Below, one piece after another: positions 20,413-31,154 of a stretch of DNA of 64,000 nt (position 1 is its first letter; every line of letters begins with the position of its first letter). Below the pieces are notes generated by a model, which ran no database searches, was not told the DNA's origin, and worked only from the letters and a program-made list of their open reading frames with translations. The position numbers and the translations under genes were made by a program. Location: the sequence record DRR723986_791. The stretch is one strand, 5' to 3'.

Positions 20413-22779
20413 ATGAATCGCATTCTTACACTTTCGGTTGCCGTTGGTCTTGCTTGCTTGATGATCGGCTCGGCAAGGTCGGCAGAGATCGATTTTAATC
20501 GTGACATTCGGCCGATACTCTCCGACAAATGCATCTTTTGCCACGGCCCTGACGAACAGCACCGTGGTGCCGACCTGCGACTCGACATCGAACAGTCCGC
20601 CAAAGAGTACGCCGTCGTCGAACATGATCTGGCAGCATCAGAGATGATGACGAGGATCAATTCGACCGACGACTCAGAAGTCATGCCTCCGCCGGATTCT
20701 GGCAAGTCGCTGTCTGCTGACGAAAAACAACTACTTCGCACTTGGATTCAACAGGGTGCAAAGTGGTCAGAGCAATGGGCGTACGTCAAACCGACAAAAC
20801 ACCACATCCCTACTACAGAATCAGACTGGCCGACGAACTGGATTGATCAGTTTGTCCTTGCTCGCATGCCAGCGGGCGTACAGCCCAATGCGGATGCCGA
20901 TCGAACGACCTTGATCCGTCGATTGTACTTCGACCTGACTGGCCTGCCTCCATCGCCCGAGCAGGTGCAGGCTTTTCTGGCCGACGACACGCCCGAGTAC
21001 TATTCGCAAGTCGTTGATGAATTGCTCGAGTCTCCACACTACGGCGAACGACTAGCCATGTATTGGCTTGACCTGGTGCGGTATGCCGACACAGTTGGTT
21101 ATCACGGTGATCAGGACCACAATATCAGCCCCTATCGCGACTGGGTCATCAATGCACTGAACGACAACATGCCATTTGATCAGTTCACGCGTGAACAGTT
21201 GGCCGGTGACCTTTTAGATTCACCAACAACAGATCAAAAGATCGCATCTGGATACAACCGGCTACTCCAGACAACGCACGAGGGCGGTCTGCAACCGAAG
21301 GAGTACATTGCCATTTACGCGGCCGATCGGGTGCGGAATGTTTCCTCGGTTTGGATGGGTGGAACACTAGGATGCGCGCAGTGTCACGACCACAAGTACG
21401 ATCCGTACACCATCAAGGACTTCTACGCGATGTCGGCATTCTTCGCGGACCTTGACGATACGAAGCACTTCCGCGTCGGCACCAATGCCCTGCCCACCCA
21501 GCGCCCGCCAGAACTCCAGTTACCCACTAACGATCAGCAACGCGAATTGGACGAGTTAACGACAGAGCTACAGGCCACCAAGAGCAAACTCAACGACGCC
21601 ACCGACAGCCAAGACACGAAGGCCATCAATAGCGAAATCAAGGCCCTTGAGAAATCCATCAAATCGCTCAACGCTCAGATTCGTCGGTGCATGATCTCCT
21701 CGGCCCTCAAAGAACCCCGAGTCACTCGTGTCTTGCCGCGTGGCAACTGGCTGGACGAATCTGGACCAGTCGTCACACCAGCAATACCTGAATTCATGGG
21801 CAGCTTGGCTGTCAACGGCGAACGGGCTACGCGGCTCGACCTAGCGAACTGGCTGACCAACGCGGATGAAGGTGTTGGTTCGCTGACTGCTCGCGTGATG
21901 GCAAATCGATTTTGGTATTTGCTGACTGGACATGCGATTGCAGCCGACTTGGACGATCTTGGCGGACAAGGCTCCCCGCCAATTGCTCCGAAACTTCTGG
22001 ACAATCTGGCCATCGAGTTCGTCGAATCAGGTTGGGACATCAAACACATGATTCGCACCATTGTTCACAGTAGGACTTACAAGCAATCGTCAATCGTTAC
22101 ACCGGAGAAGCTGGCATCGGACCCAACCAACCAGTGGTTCTCCCGCTCTGGCCGTTACAGATTACCGGCTGAGATCATCCGTGATTCGGCACTGCTAGTT
22201 AGCGGCTTATTGGTTGATGACGTGGGAGGACCAAGTGCGAAGCCCTACCAGCCGGCGGGCTATTACCGGCACCTCAATTTCCCGACTAGAAAATACAAGC
22301 ACGACACCAGCGAACAGCAATACCGCCGCGGTGTTTATGTGCATTGGCAGCGGCAGTTCCTCCACCCCATGCTTCGTGCTTTGGATGCACCGACTCGTGA
22401 AGAGTGTACGGCCGAGCGTCCGCGTTCCAACACGCCACTTGCGGCACTAACGCTACTGAATGACCCGACGTTCGTGGAAGCAGCCCGAGTATTCGCGGCA
22501 CGCGTTCTGTCCGCCCCCGAAGCCGAGACCTTTGACGAGCGACTCGATTTTGCGTTTTGGTGGACACTGTCTCGTCCTCCAACTTCTGGCGAACGCGATC
22601 TGCTCCAAGCTCTCTATTCCCAAGCCCTTGCCGATTTCCGAGCCGACCCGCGGGCTGCCAAACGGCTTGTCGAGACGGGATTGTCCCCCGTGCCACAGCT
22701 CGACGCACCACAACTCGCCGCCTGGACCACCGTAGCCCGCGCGATATTCAACCTGAACGAGAATCTGACACGCAACTAA
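20413..22779 (+). CDS. Planctomycete cytochrome c / DUF1549 / DUF1553 (PSD1) protein
   Basis: FNRDIRPILSDKCIFCHGPD; LIRRLYFDLTGLPP; WLDLVRYADT; CAQCHDHKYDP; NTPLAALTLLND. Confidence 0.93.
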   Translation: MNRILTLSVAVGLACLMIGSARSAEIDFNRDIRPILSDKCIFCHGPDEQHRGADLRLDIEQSAKEYAVVEHDLAASEMMTRINSTDDSEVMPPPDSGKSLSADEKQLLRTWIQQGAKWSEQWAYVKPTKHHIPTTESDWPTNWIDQFVLARMPAGVQPNADADRTTLIRRLYFDLTGLPPSPEQVQAFLADDTPEYYSQVVDELLESPHYGERLAMYWLDLVRYADTVGYHGDQDHNISPYRDWVINALNDNMPFDQFTREQLAGDLLDSPTTDQKIASGYNRLLQTTHEGGLQPKEYIAIYAADRVRNVSSVWMGGTLGCAQCHDHKYDPYTIKDFYAMSAFFADLDDTKHFRVGTNALPTQRPPELQLPTNDQQRELDELTTELQATKSKLNDATDSQDTKAINSEIKALEKSIKSLNAQIRRCMISSALKEPRVTRVLPRGNWLDESGPVVTPAIPEFMGSLAVNGERATRLDLANWLTNADEGVGSLTARVMANRFWYLLTGHAIAADLDDLGGQGSPPIAPKLLDNLAIEFVESGWDIKHMIRTIVHSRTYKQSSIVTPEKLASDPTNQWFSRSGRYRLPAEIIRDSALLVSGLLVDDVGGPSAKPYQPAGYYRHLNFPTRKYKHDTSEQQYRRGVYVHWQRQFLHPMLRALDAPTREECTAERPRSNTPLAALTLLNDPTFVEAARVFAARVLSAPEAETFDERLDFAFWWTLSRPPTSGERDLLQALYSQALADFRADPRAAKRLVETGLSPVPQLDAPQLAAWTTVARAIFNLNENLTRN

Positions 22780-24185
22780 TGTACGATCCAAACGACATTT
22801 GCCGGCGGACATTCTTAAATCGCGGTGGCGTGAGCATTGGTGCTGCCGCGGCATCAAGCTTGCTAGCGCGGCATGCTACAGGTGCACCAGAAAGCTCTGC
22901 AGGTCTGCCCCACTTACCCGCCCGCGTAAAGCGTGTCATCTTTCTCTGCATGGCTGGCGGACCATCGCACCTAGAAACGTTTGATTATAAACCCGAATTG
23001 GATCGACTCAGCGGCAAAGCCATGCCCGAGAGTTTCACCAAGGGGCAGCCCATCGCACAACTGCAAGGCAAAGAACTCAAAGTCCAAGGTCACCTTGCCA
23101 AGTTTCAAAAGCATGGAGAAACCGGTCTCGATGTCTGCGACTATCTGCCCTGGCACGCGAAAATGGCGGATGACCTCTGTGTCATCAAGTCCATGGTTAC
23201 CGAACAAATCAATCATGATCCGGCCCATACGTTTATGAACACCGGAACGGCGATCAGTGGACGGCCATCGATGGGTTCATGGATAACCTACGGACTCGGC
23301 AGTGAGACGGACCAGCTTCCTGGATTCATCGTCTTGACGAGCGTTGGGGGTCGCAATCCACAACCGATCTCCTCGCGACAATGGGGCTGCGGCTTCTTGC
23401 CCGGCAAATTTCAAGGCGTCGAGTTCAATTCAACGGGCAATCCGGTCCACTACGTCAAGAACCCAGCGGGAGTAAGCCGCCAGCAACAGGGGCACTTGAT
23501 TGACACTATCAACCACCTGAATCGAATCCGCCATTCGGCAACGCACAACCCCGACGGACTGACGCGAATTAAGGCATACGAACTTGCCTTTCAAATGCAA
23601 TCCTCCGTACCAGAACTGATGGATGTTTCCGGCGAACCTCAGCATGTATTGGACATGTACGGCGCGACGCCTGGCGACGGATCGTACGCTTCAAACTGCC
23701 TGCTGGCGCGGCGGTTGGCTGAACGCGGCGTGCGATTCATTCAACTGTATCACCGAGGCTGGGACCACCACGGCGACCTCGATAAATACATGAAGATCTG
23801 CTGCCGCCTGACGGATAAACCGACATGGGCACTGCTAACGGATCTCAAACAGCGTGGAATGCTCGACGACACTCTCATCATCTGGGGCGGGGAGTTCGGT
23901 CGCACGCCGATGTTCCAAGGCAAGGGCGGCGTTGGGCGTGACCATCACATCAAGGGCTTCAGCATGTGGATGGCCGGAGGAGGCATCAAGCCTGGTACAT
24001 ACGGACAAACTGATGAACTCGGGTACAACGCGGTCGAAGATGTTGTCCACGTTCGCGATCTCCATGCGACGATGCTACACATGCTCGGTATCGACCACAA
24101 CCGCTTCAGCGTCAAACACCAGGGGCTCGACATGCGACTGACAGGAGTCGAACCTGCTCGCGTCATCACGGACCTATTTGGCTAG
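22779..24185 (+). CDS. DUF1501 Tat-exported protein
   Basis: TAATG overlap; RRTFL Tat motif; [30 protein letters not shown]. Confidence 0.93.
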   Translation: MYDPNDICRRTFLNRGGVSIGAAAASSLLARHATGAPESSAGLPHLPARVKRVIFLCMAGGPSHLETFDYKPELDRLSGKAMPESFTKGQPIAQLQGKELKVQGHLAKFQKHGETGLDVCDYLPWHAKMADDLCVIKSMVTEQINHDPAHTFMNTGTAISGRPSMGSWITYGLGSETDQLPGFIVLTSVGGRNPQPISSRQWGCGFLPGKFQGVEFNSTGNPVHYVKNPAGVSRQQQGHLIDTINHLNRIRHSATHNPDGLTRIKAYELAFQMQSSVPELMDVSGEPQHVLDMYGATPGDGSYASNCLLARRLAERGVRFIQLYHRGWDHHGDLDKYMKICCRLTDKPTWALLTDLKQRGMLDDTLIIWGGEFGRTPMFQGKGGVGRDHHIKGFSMWMAGGGIKPGTYGQTDELGYNAVEDVVHVRDLHATMLHMLGIDHNRFSVKHQGLDMRLTGVEPARVITDLFG

Positions 24186-24260
24186 CTGGCACCTATTGGG
24201 CTGTCCGGCACCTAGGATCTGGCTTCAGCAAATCGACACACAATAACCAGGAGCCCCAAA

Positions 24261-25403
24261 GTGCCTTTGCAAGTGCAGTGCTATGCCGTCGTCATTCGGA
24301 ACGATGCGCTAGAACGTGTTCTTGATGATGGAGCAGATGGATTTGCTGATATCGCTCCTAACTCGATGAGCTATGCAGACGACATGCTGTCTCAAGCCAG
24401 CTTTATGGCCCAAATTGATGCCGAAGAATTCATCAAGTCGCTTGAATTGCGTGGCCTGTCCCGAGAAAACGAACCGCCGGACTTCGTTGTCGTCATTGCA
24501 CGAACGAAAGAAGTCTCGCCGGCTTGCGATTGGCTGCAGATGTTTGAATACGAAGGCCGTCTGGCTGTGACGATGCGAGGCAACCCTTCTACAACACTTA
24601 TCGCGTCAGAACACTCGGGCGATCTTGAGCACTACACGGAAGAAGAGCTTCTACGGGACTTCGAATTTGTCGAACGAAAAGACAACATCGATACGTACCG
24701 CAACAAGCACACTGGTCAGTTGATCTACTCCGCCCGTCGAACGCAAACACCTGAAGAATTGTTTCAGGAGGCGTTTGACATGGTTTGGAAACACCACCGC
24801 GAACCGGGCACCCCGCCCATCGACCAGGAGGCTATGGCGGAGCTTCGAACGGCAATCGAAACACTCCAATCGCTCGTCTCGCAGTACCCTGAACTATCTC
24901 GCCCGCGATTCGCTTTGGGGATGGCCTGGCACGCCGCCGGTAATCTTGAGAATGCTCGCCGACAACTAGAACAATCCGTCGCACTCGAGCCGGATAAGAT
25001 ACAAATCTATAAAGAACTTGGCAGCGTCTGCTTGGCAATGCGCGATCACACAGCCGCAGTTGCGGTCACCGAGAAAGGAGTAGCCATAGAACCCGACAAC
25101 GTTGACCTCCTAGGCAATCTGGCGACATGTCAACTCTTGGCCGGATCCGCCGAGAAAGCTGAAGAGACGATTCAATATGCGCTCAAACTCGACAACAAAG
25201 ACGAAGTCAACAACAACATTCATCAACTGATCGCCCAAGTCCGTTCCGGTCGGAGACCGATGCCAGGTTCCCTCGAAGAGCTGATGGGCATTCCACCACC
25301 TCAGACTACTTCGATGCAGCCGCAAGCGAAAACGGATTCGGGGTCACCTAAAAGACCACGGTCGCTAATCAAGCGGGCACTCAGCAGGCTCTTCGGCAAG
25401 TAG
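24261..25403 (+). CDS. TPR-repeat protein with uncharacterised N-terminal domain
   Basis: GTG start after AGGAG; 3-4 TPR-like helical repeats (FALGMAW..ALEPD..ELGSV..AIEPD..NLATC). Confidence 0.8.
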   Translation: MPLQVQCYAVVIRNDALERVLDDGADGFADIAPNSMSYADDMLSQASFMAQIDAEEFIKSLELRGLSRENEPPDFVVVIARTKEVSPACDWLQMFEYEGRLAVTMRGNPSTTLIASEHSGDLEHYTEEELLRDFEFVERKDNIDTYRNKHTGQLIYSARRTQTPEELFQEAFDMVWKHHREPGTPPIDQEAMAELRTAIETLQSLVSQYPELSRPRFALGMAWHAAGNLENARRQLEQSVALEPDKIQIYKELGSVCLAMRDHTAAVAVTEKGVAIEPDNVDLLGNLATCQLLAGSAEKAEETIQYALKLDNKDEVNNNIHQLIAQVRSGRRPMPGSLEELMGIPPPQTTSMQPQAKTDSGSPKRPRSLIKRALSRLFGK

Positions 25404-25410
25404 ACCGCTA

Positions 25411-26430
25411 TCAGCCGTTATGCCCCAGTACCTCGATCAGGTAATCGGTCGGAGTCTTGTGAGTAACACCTTTGGCGCCAGGATAGACCAACTCACAAGC
25501 GACGCCAAATTCCCGACAGTGTTCCTGCAGCTTTACCCCAAAATTCGCAGAATGCGTTGGATCTTTCTGTGGCTGCCCAATCGCGGGCTTACGAGAGTAG
25601 GTCAGATAAATTGGTGGATCGTCTTTGCTGACCAGTGCGTACGGAGAGTATTCCGCGATCCAAGGCAAAGCGGATTCGCGACCGGCCGAAAACTTTGCGA
25701 AGTTGCCGAGGCCAAACGCATGCCCACCGTAGCGACTGTTGGGAATCCACCGCTTCATTTGTTGGGGATCGAGCGTCGTCTGAGCACCGGTGACGGCAGC
25801 ACAATACAACCGCGTTGATTCTCGAGCAACCGGATCTTCACTGTTCAGATCTGCCATATCATCGTGCAGCGCGATCCACAAACTTGTGCATGCACCAGCA
25901 GAACCACCCGCCGCACCGATTCGGCGTTTGTCGAGATTGAGTTCGGCAGCCTTGCTCCTGAGAAATTGCAGAGACCGTGCCGCATCATGAAGGGGCGCTT
26001 TCACGGGTGGGACGACGGCATCAGCATGCGCGTGTTTAATGAGACGATAATTGCAGGCCGCAACCGAGATCCCCGCTTTCAAGAGGGCGTTTGCGTCAGC
26101 GAACCGATGCAAACGCTCTTTGGTTCCACCCTGCCAACCACCACCGTGAATCACCAACACAAGTGGCGTTGGCTTGTCGGATTCCGCCTTCCAAAAATCG
26201 ATGACATGACGCGGATGCTCACCATACTTCATTCCTCTAATTGTCGGCTCCGGAACCGACGCATCGTATCGCTGCTGCGCCGCCGATGCACTATCGCCAG
26301 TCTTCTTCTCTTTAGCGTTCTCCGTAGCGGAGGGCTTTTCGGCTGTCCGTTCTTGGGGCGCACCCTGCACTCCGGAGACCACCAAACAACACAACACGGC
26401 AATTGAAGTTACAGACGACGAAGTTCTCAT
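25411..26430 (-). CDS. Secreted alpha/beta hydrolase (HSL-like esterase)
   Basis: Signal peptide; IHGGGW; GGSAG nucleophile elbow; DPTHS. Confidence 0.88.
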   Translation of the reverse strand: MRTSSSVTSIAVLCCLVVSGVQGAPQERTAEKPSATENAKEKKTGDSASAAQQRYDASVPEPTIRGMKYGEHPRHVIDFWKAESDKPTPLVLVIHGGGWQGGTKERLHRFADANALLKAGISVAACNYRLIKHAHADAVVPPVKAPLHDAARSLQFLRSKAAELNLDKRRIGAAGGSAGACTSLWIALHDDMADLNSEDPVARESTRLYCAAVTGAQTTLDPQQMKRWIPNSRYGGHAFGLGNFAKFSAGRESALPWIAEYSPYALVSKDDPPIYLTYSRKPAIGQPQKDPTHSANFGVKLQEHCREFGVACELVYPGAKGVTHKTPTDYLIEVLGHNG

Positions 26431-26456
26431 GGTGAGTCAATCCAGCGAGTTGAACA

Positions 26457-26504
26457 TTAAAGCTAAATCTGAGCCCAACGTTAAAGCTAAATCTGAGCCC
26501 AACG
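26457..26504. repeat. Exact 24-bp tandem duplication between DUF1552 and the esterase
   Basis: ttaaagctaaatctgagcccaacg at 26457-26480 and 26481-26504. Confidence 0.95.
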
Positions 26505-26555
26505 ATGACGACATAGATGTGTCGCCTCGATGAGAGCAGCAAGAACGCCAGGGCC

Positions 26556-28010
26556 CTATGCCTTGAGTTCTTCGATCTGTTTTGTGGCGATTCCGATGGG
26601 ACGATCAAGGGGAATGCCAGCGCAGGTAAGAAGTGTGGTGAGCAGGTCGCCCTGATTGCCTTCGATGTTCGAGAGATAGCGGCCCGTGTTGAGAGAACCA
26701 CCACCGCAACCAGCAACAATAAACGGCAGGTTCGCGCGAGTGTGCTTGTCGCCGTCCTCCAAACCTGAGCCCCACATCATGATGCAATTGTCAAGCAACG
26801 TTCCGTCCGCCTCGCTCAACGAGTTCATTTTCGTGACCATGTGCGCAAACTGCTCGACGTTGAACTCAACAATCTTTGCAACCTTGTCCATCTTTTTCTT
26901 GTCGCCGCGATGGTGCGTTTGCGAATGATGCTTGTCGCTGAACCCAAGTTCGGGATACGACGCACCGTTGGGTCGCGAACCGATATAAGTCGAGACACGA
27001 GTCATGTCGGTTTGGAATGCTAACACATTCAAATCGCACATCACCTGCATGTATTCGCTACGCTTATCGCCCTCTGGAATCTTGATTTCAATCGGCGGAG
27101 AATCCTTGCCGCGTTGGTCAGACCGCAAGCCGGCCTTCTCCATAGCGGCTTGTTTCTGCCGAGCCTCGATGGCAGCAATACGACGCTCTACCGAGCGGAC
27201 GCTATCCAAGTACTCGTCCAACTTGCGTTTGTCCGACGTAGGCAACTTACGACGAAAGTCGCGTGCTCCGCCCAAGACCAAATCAAGCATATCGCGATCC
27301 AGTGGGCTTACACTGCCGGTTGCTTCGGTGGAGCCGGCATCTTCCTGTCCGAAAAGCCGAGCCAAGACGTTCCGCGGATTCGTCTCTGCCGGAACAACCT
27401 GGGTTGGTGATCGATAGCTACAGTGTGAGTAGTAGCCTTCATTCAACCCGGCTTGGTTCTCTTTCCAGTTCTGCGGCATGGTAGCCAATTCAAGTGACGG
27501 CAGCGGCGTGAATGCTCCGACGTAATTCGCTGCTACTTGGTCCGCGGAAATTGCAATGTTAATCTCACTGCGTTTGGCGGGATCCGGCAGTGTGGCCGTC
27601 AGCCAGGTGGACAACTCCAAAGCGTGCGGCGCACCACTGAAAGGAGCTGTCGGAACTCCAGAGATCCCCCTCATCATCAAGCACTTGTCCAGCACTGGAC
27701 GCAACGACTCGACTGCTGGCGGAGGAGCACTCAGAAAGCTCTCCTCATCGGCCGGCCAAAACTCATCCATGATGACACCATGCGGCATATACATGAATCC
27801 GAGCCGAACCGGCGGTGTGTAGCTATCGCTCGCCTTTGCTTCTTGCCAGCCCATCACATCGAGCAGCGGCAGCGCAAGTGCAGCCCCAACACCGCGTAGA
27901 CATGTGCGGCGGTCGATCAAGTTCTTGCCTTGTGGCGAACCGGCTGTATTCAAGGTGGCGAAAGTTTCTTGTGCGGATTGACGACGTCTTGCACCGTTTC
28001 TTGGAATCAT
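26556..28010 (-). CDS. DUF1552 Tat-exported protein
   Basis: [62 protein letters not shown]; start approximate. Confidence 0.92.
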   Translation of the reverse strand: MIPRNGARRRQSAQETFATLNTAGSPQGKNLIDRRTCLRGVGAALALPLLDVMGWQEAKASDSYTPPVRLGFMYMPHGVIMDEFWPADEESFLSAPPPAVESLRPVLDKCLMMRGISGVPTAPFSGAPHALELSTWLTATLPDPAKRSEINIAISADQVAANYVGAFTPLPSLELATMPQNWKENQAGLNEGYYSHCSYRSPTQVVPAETNPRNVLARLFGQEDAGSTEATGSVSPLDRDMLDLVLGGARDFRRKLPTSDKRKLDEYLDSVRSVERRIAAIEARQKQAAMEKAGLRSDQRGKDSPPIEIKIPEGDKRSEYMQVMCDLNVLAFQTDMTRVSTYIGSRPNGASYPELGFSDKHHSQTHHRGDKKKMDKVAKIVEFNVEQFAHMVTKMNSLSEADGTLLDNCIMMWGSGLEDGDKHTRANLPFIVAGCGGGSLNTGRYLSNIEGNQGDLLTTLLTCAGIPLDRPIGIATKQIEELKA

Positions 28011-28077
28011 CGATTTTCTTTCGGTCCTGAGTCGTAAGTACGAGTTGTGTCGACTTGGAGTCAAAGCCTTGTAGGTT

Positions 28078-30024
28078 CTACCGTTCGTCTTGGATCCGAC
28101 GATGGGTGAAAGGATAGCTGGTGACAACTTCTGAAATCAAGGTTTGCATACGGAAATCGTCGCGGGCGACACGCTGCATCATCTCGTCGACGACGATTTC
28201 ATCGTAGCCTTCCAACGATCGACACAGCGCGTAGGCTAGCATCTTTTCGGCAAGGTTCCGAGCAAAGTCGTCGAGTCTGCCCGCCACCATTGCCTTCAAT
28301 TCGGCTGGCGTGGAAAAACTGCTACCGTCCGGCAAGGTGCCCGATGAATCGATCGCCGCACCCCCGCTATCGGTCTCGCGCCAGCGGCCAATTGCGTCAA
28401 AGTTCTCGAGCCCGAATCCGATCGGATCAAGCAAGCGATGGCAGTTGGCGCAAACTGGATCTTCTCGATGCATTTCGGTGAGCTGACGCATGGTCAGCCC
28501 TTCGTCGGTCGCTTGGCTTTGCTCCTCAAGCGGTGGAACATCAGGTGGCGCTGGCGGCACGTGCTCTCCGAGGATTTGCTCAAGCACCCAAACACCGCGA
28601 TTCACCGGACTGGTTCGATTAGGAAACGAAGTTGCTGTCAGCACGGCTGGCATTGCCAGAATTCCACCGCGGTTCTTATCCGAGAGCGAAACTCGCTGCA
28701 TCGATTGACCTTCAATCTCTCCAATTCCATAGATCTCAGCGAGCGGCCCATTCAAGAACGTAAAATCACCGGTGATAAAGGTCTCCAAACTGAGATCCTG
28801 CCGCACGACGGACTCGAACACCATCCGCGCCTCTTCATACATGGCATCGCGAAGTTCGGCGGTCATCTCTGGGAACTTGTCCCGATCAAACGTCCGGCCA
28901 CGCCAATCGTCCAAGCCCAACCACTGCGCACCAAAGCCGTCAAACACCGCTCGGGACTTCGGGGAAGCCAGCATCCGCTTAACTTGCGATCGCAGAACAC
29001 CCTTATCATTCAACCTGCCCTCGGCGGCCAGCTGCATCAATCCTGCGTCGGGCATCGTAGCCCACAGGAAATATGACAATCGCGATGCAAGTTGATACTC
29101 ATCCAGCGGCACAACCGCCTCCGAAGCATCAGCCTGCTCAACCGGCGTGATGAACAGAAACTGGGGCGAAACTAATGCGGCCTTAGTCATCAGACGGACG
29201 GCGGGCTGAAAGTCTAGTCCATTTGATTGCCCCAGACGGAACACCTCAACAAGCGTCTCAACCTCCGACTCCGATGCAGGCCGCCGATACATCGTGGCAG
29301 CAACAAACTCGGCTATTTCCTCTGCTCGAATGATTAGTGCATCAGAACTCTCCCCTGCGGCGTCCAACATTTTGAACGGCTGGCCGACCGGAAATTCTTC
29401 AGGCGGTTTTCCTTCGGGCCAAGCTTCCTGCAGCACCTTGCTCGCAATTGTCAAGTATTGCTCGAGCTGCAATGGTGAGAGTGAATTCAAGTAGCCTGCA
29501 CCACTAACTTCGTCGGGGAGCGAATCGGCAACAGAAGGATCCACACCAAAGAGATCGTGGAGGGTGTTGGCGTATTCCGACTTGGTCAGCCTACGAATGA
29601 TGAAGGGGCCGGGGTCCTTCGAACTCAAGTATTTAATCTTAGACTGCCATTCGACGAACATCTTCCGCTCTTCGTCGGTTGGCTGGTCCAACCCATCGGG
29701 CGGCATATCGTGCGCCGCCACCCGTGCCGCAGCATTCTTCCACTGGGCGGTGAACGCGGGATGGTTGGGCGTCTTCAATGCAGGTGAAAAGTTAACACCG
29801 GCTTCTGTTGGGCGTCGGTTCTGATGACACTCCAGACAATACGACCGAATAAAAGGAGTCACCTTCTTGCGAAAGAGTTCCTCGACCTCCGATTGACGAT
29901 GCTCATGCGATGCATCGACCCGTTCTTCTTCAGGAAGCTGGCCGGAGGCTCGAGTGCCAAGAATTCCGATCAGCAAGACGCATCGGATCATGAAACACAA
30001 TTGTGGTTGGTTCGTTCTCGTCAT
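28078..30024 (-). CDS. DUF1592-family cytochrome c protein (DUF1587/1595/1592/1588/1585 architecture)
   Basis: [63 protein letters not shown]; start approximate. Confidence 0.92.
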   Translation of the reverse strand: MTRTNQPQLCFMIRCVLLIGILGTRASGQLPEEERVDASHEHRQSEVEELFRKKVTPFIRSYCLECHQNRRPTEAGVNFSPALKTPNHPAFTAQWKNAAARVAAHDMPPDGLDQPTDEERKMFVEWQSKIKYLSSKDPGPFIIRRLTKSEYANTLHDLFGVDPSVADSLPDEVSGAGYLNSLSPLQLEQYLTIASKVLQEAWPEGKPPEEFPVGQPFKMLDAAGESSDALIIRAEEIAEFVAATMYRRPASESEVETLVEVFRLGQSNGLDFQPAVRLMTKAALVSPQFLFITPVEQADASEAVVPLDEYQLASRLSYFLWATMPDAGLMQLAAEGRLNDKGVLRSQVKRMLASPKSRAVFDGFGAQWLGLDDWRGRTFDRDKFPEMTAELRDAMYEEARMVFESVVRQDLSLETFITGDFTFLNGPLAEIYGIGEIEGQSMQRVSLSDKNRGGILAMPAVLTATSFPNRTSPVNRGVWVLEQILGEHVPPAPPDVPPLEEQSQATDEGLTMRQLTEMHREDPVCANCHRLLDPIGFGLENFDAIGRWRETDSGGAAIDSSGTLPDGSSFSTPAELKAMVAGRLDDFARNLAEKMLAYALCRSLEGYDEIVVDEMMQRVARDDFRMQTLISEVVTSYPFTHRRIQDER

Positions 30025-30636
30025 CACATCAAAGGAGGGAATACTGAGGCGGGAATACTGAGGTGGGAATACTGCGCAGGCCAGCAGCACCAAGCTAAAC
30101 CTAACATCGGCCGTCGGGTTCTTGAACGCTCAAAGAAGCTGGAGTGCAACGTATTGCACTTCGGAACTTCAATTAACTGGCAGGTGGGATGTACAAGGCA
30201 GGACTGAGGAGTCGGCCCTCTAGTTTACACTACTCGTCTCGATGTGTAGCAGTGCTGCACTTGTTGCCTTAGGACAATTCGGAGTCGCAATTTGTAGTGT
30301 GCTAGCTTGCAAATCTATCTCTCGAGCGAACTTTCCTTCTGAATCGTTCCCACTTGCCGACTACCGTTCACCCCAACAGCGTGAAACTCGCTGATCTCCT
30401 TGGATCCTTTTGGGGCAACTTGTCTCAGCGATTCGCCATGCCGTCGCAGGGTTCGTCAGCAGCTCTTGAGGTTGCTCGAGCAACTTGGCGGGTTCGTGCC
30501 AAATGCATCGCCAAGCGTAGTGGTGACGACGGCGCGGTAGCATGATCAACAGCAACATGCTACGCTCAGCAGGAGCGGCAAACCACCCAAGCTGACGCGT
30601 GCAACCAACGGCGCACGGTTCAATTGGACGCTAAGA

Positions 30637-31149
30637 ATGAACGTGAACGAACAAAAATCGCTGCTCAAACGTGTACTTCCGGCAGTCATTTTTGTCGGCG
30701 TGTCGACGGCAGTTATTTACGTCACCCTACGAGCCCCACCGTTCCTGAATTCAACCGAATCGAACCGACTGGCGAGCAAGCTACTTGATACAACGAGCTG
30801 GATTGTGGTTCATGAACACGAAGGACAAAACGGTCGTGTTGAGGCGGCACTGCTGGGGCAGCACAATCACGAACCGCTCAAACAACTGCTCAACATTACA
30901 ACCGGAACATCAGCAGTACCTAGTGGAGATGGAATTGCGCTGCACGGAATTGCATCGCACATCCGATTCTCGATCTACCTGTTTCCCGCAGGAGACCCGA
31001 CGTCAACACTGGTGGGAATCGAGTACATGTCCCGCAAGCAAACAGTCCTGAGCGACACGCCCTACCAGGAGTTTGTGGCCTTCTTCGCCCGTGCTGCAGC
31101 GACGCAGAAGGCTGCACAATTACACTCGCATGCCGCCGAGAATCGTTAA
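30637..31149 (+). CDS. Hypothetical N-terminally membrane-anchored protein
   Basis: 170-aa ORF with one TM, ending 5 bp before the kinase gene. Confidence 0.6.
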   Translation: MNVNEQKSLLKRVLPAVIFVGVSTAVIYVTLRAPPFLNSTESNRLASKLLDTTSWIVVHEHEGQNGRVEAALLGQHNHEPLKQLLNITTGTSAVPSGDGIALHGIASHIRFSIYLFPAGDPTSTLVGIEYMSRKQTVLSDTPYQEFVAFFARAAATQKAAQLHSHAAENR

Positions 31150-31154
31150 GGCCT

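Noticed and set aside
22557-22778. Extended start of DUF1501 overlapping PSD1
   Set aside because: The TAATG coupling and Tat motif place the start at 22779
26457-26504. 24-bp repeat as a CRISPR or insertion target-site duplication
   Set aside because: Copies are directly adjacent with no spacer or inserted element
30575-30610. GGCAAACC...GACGC resembling a c-di-GMP-I riboswitch
   Set aside because: No P2 stem or GNRA loop, and no GCAAA after GAC
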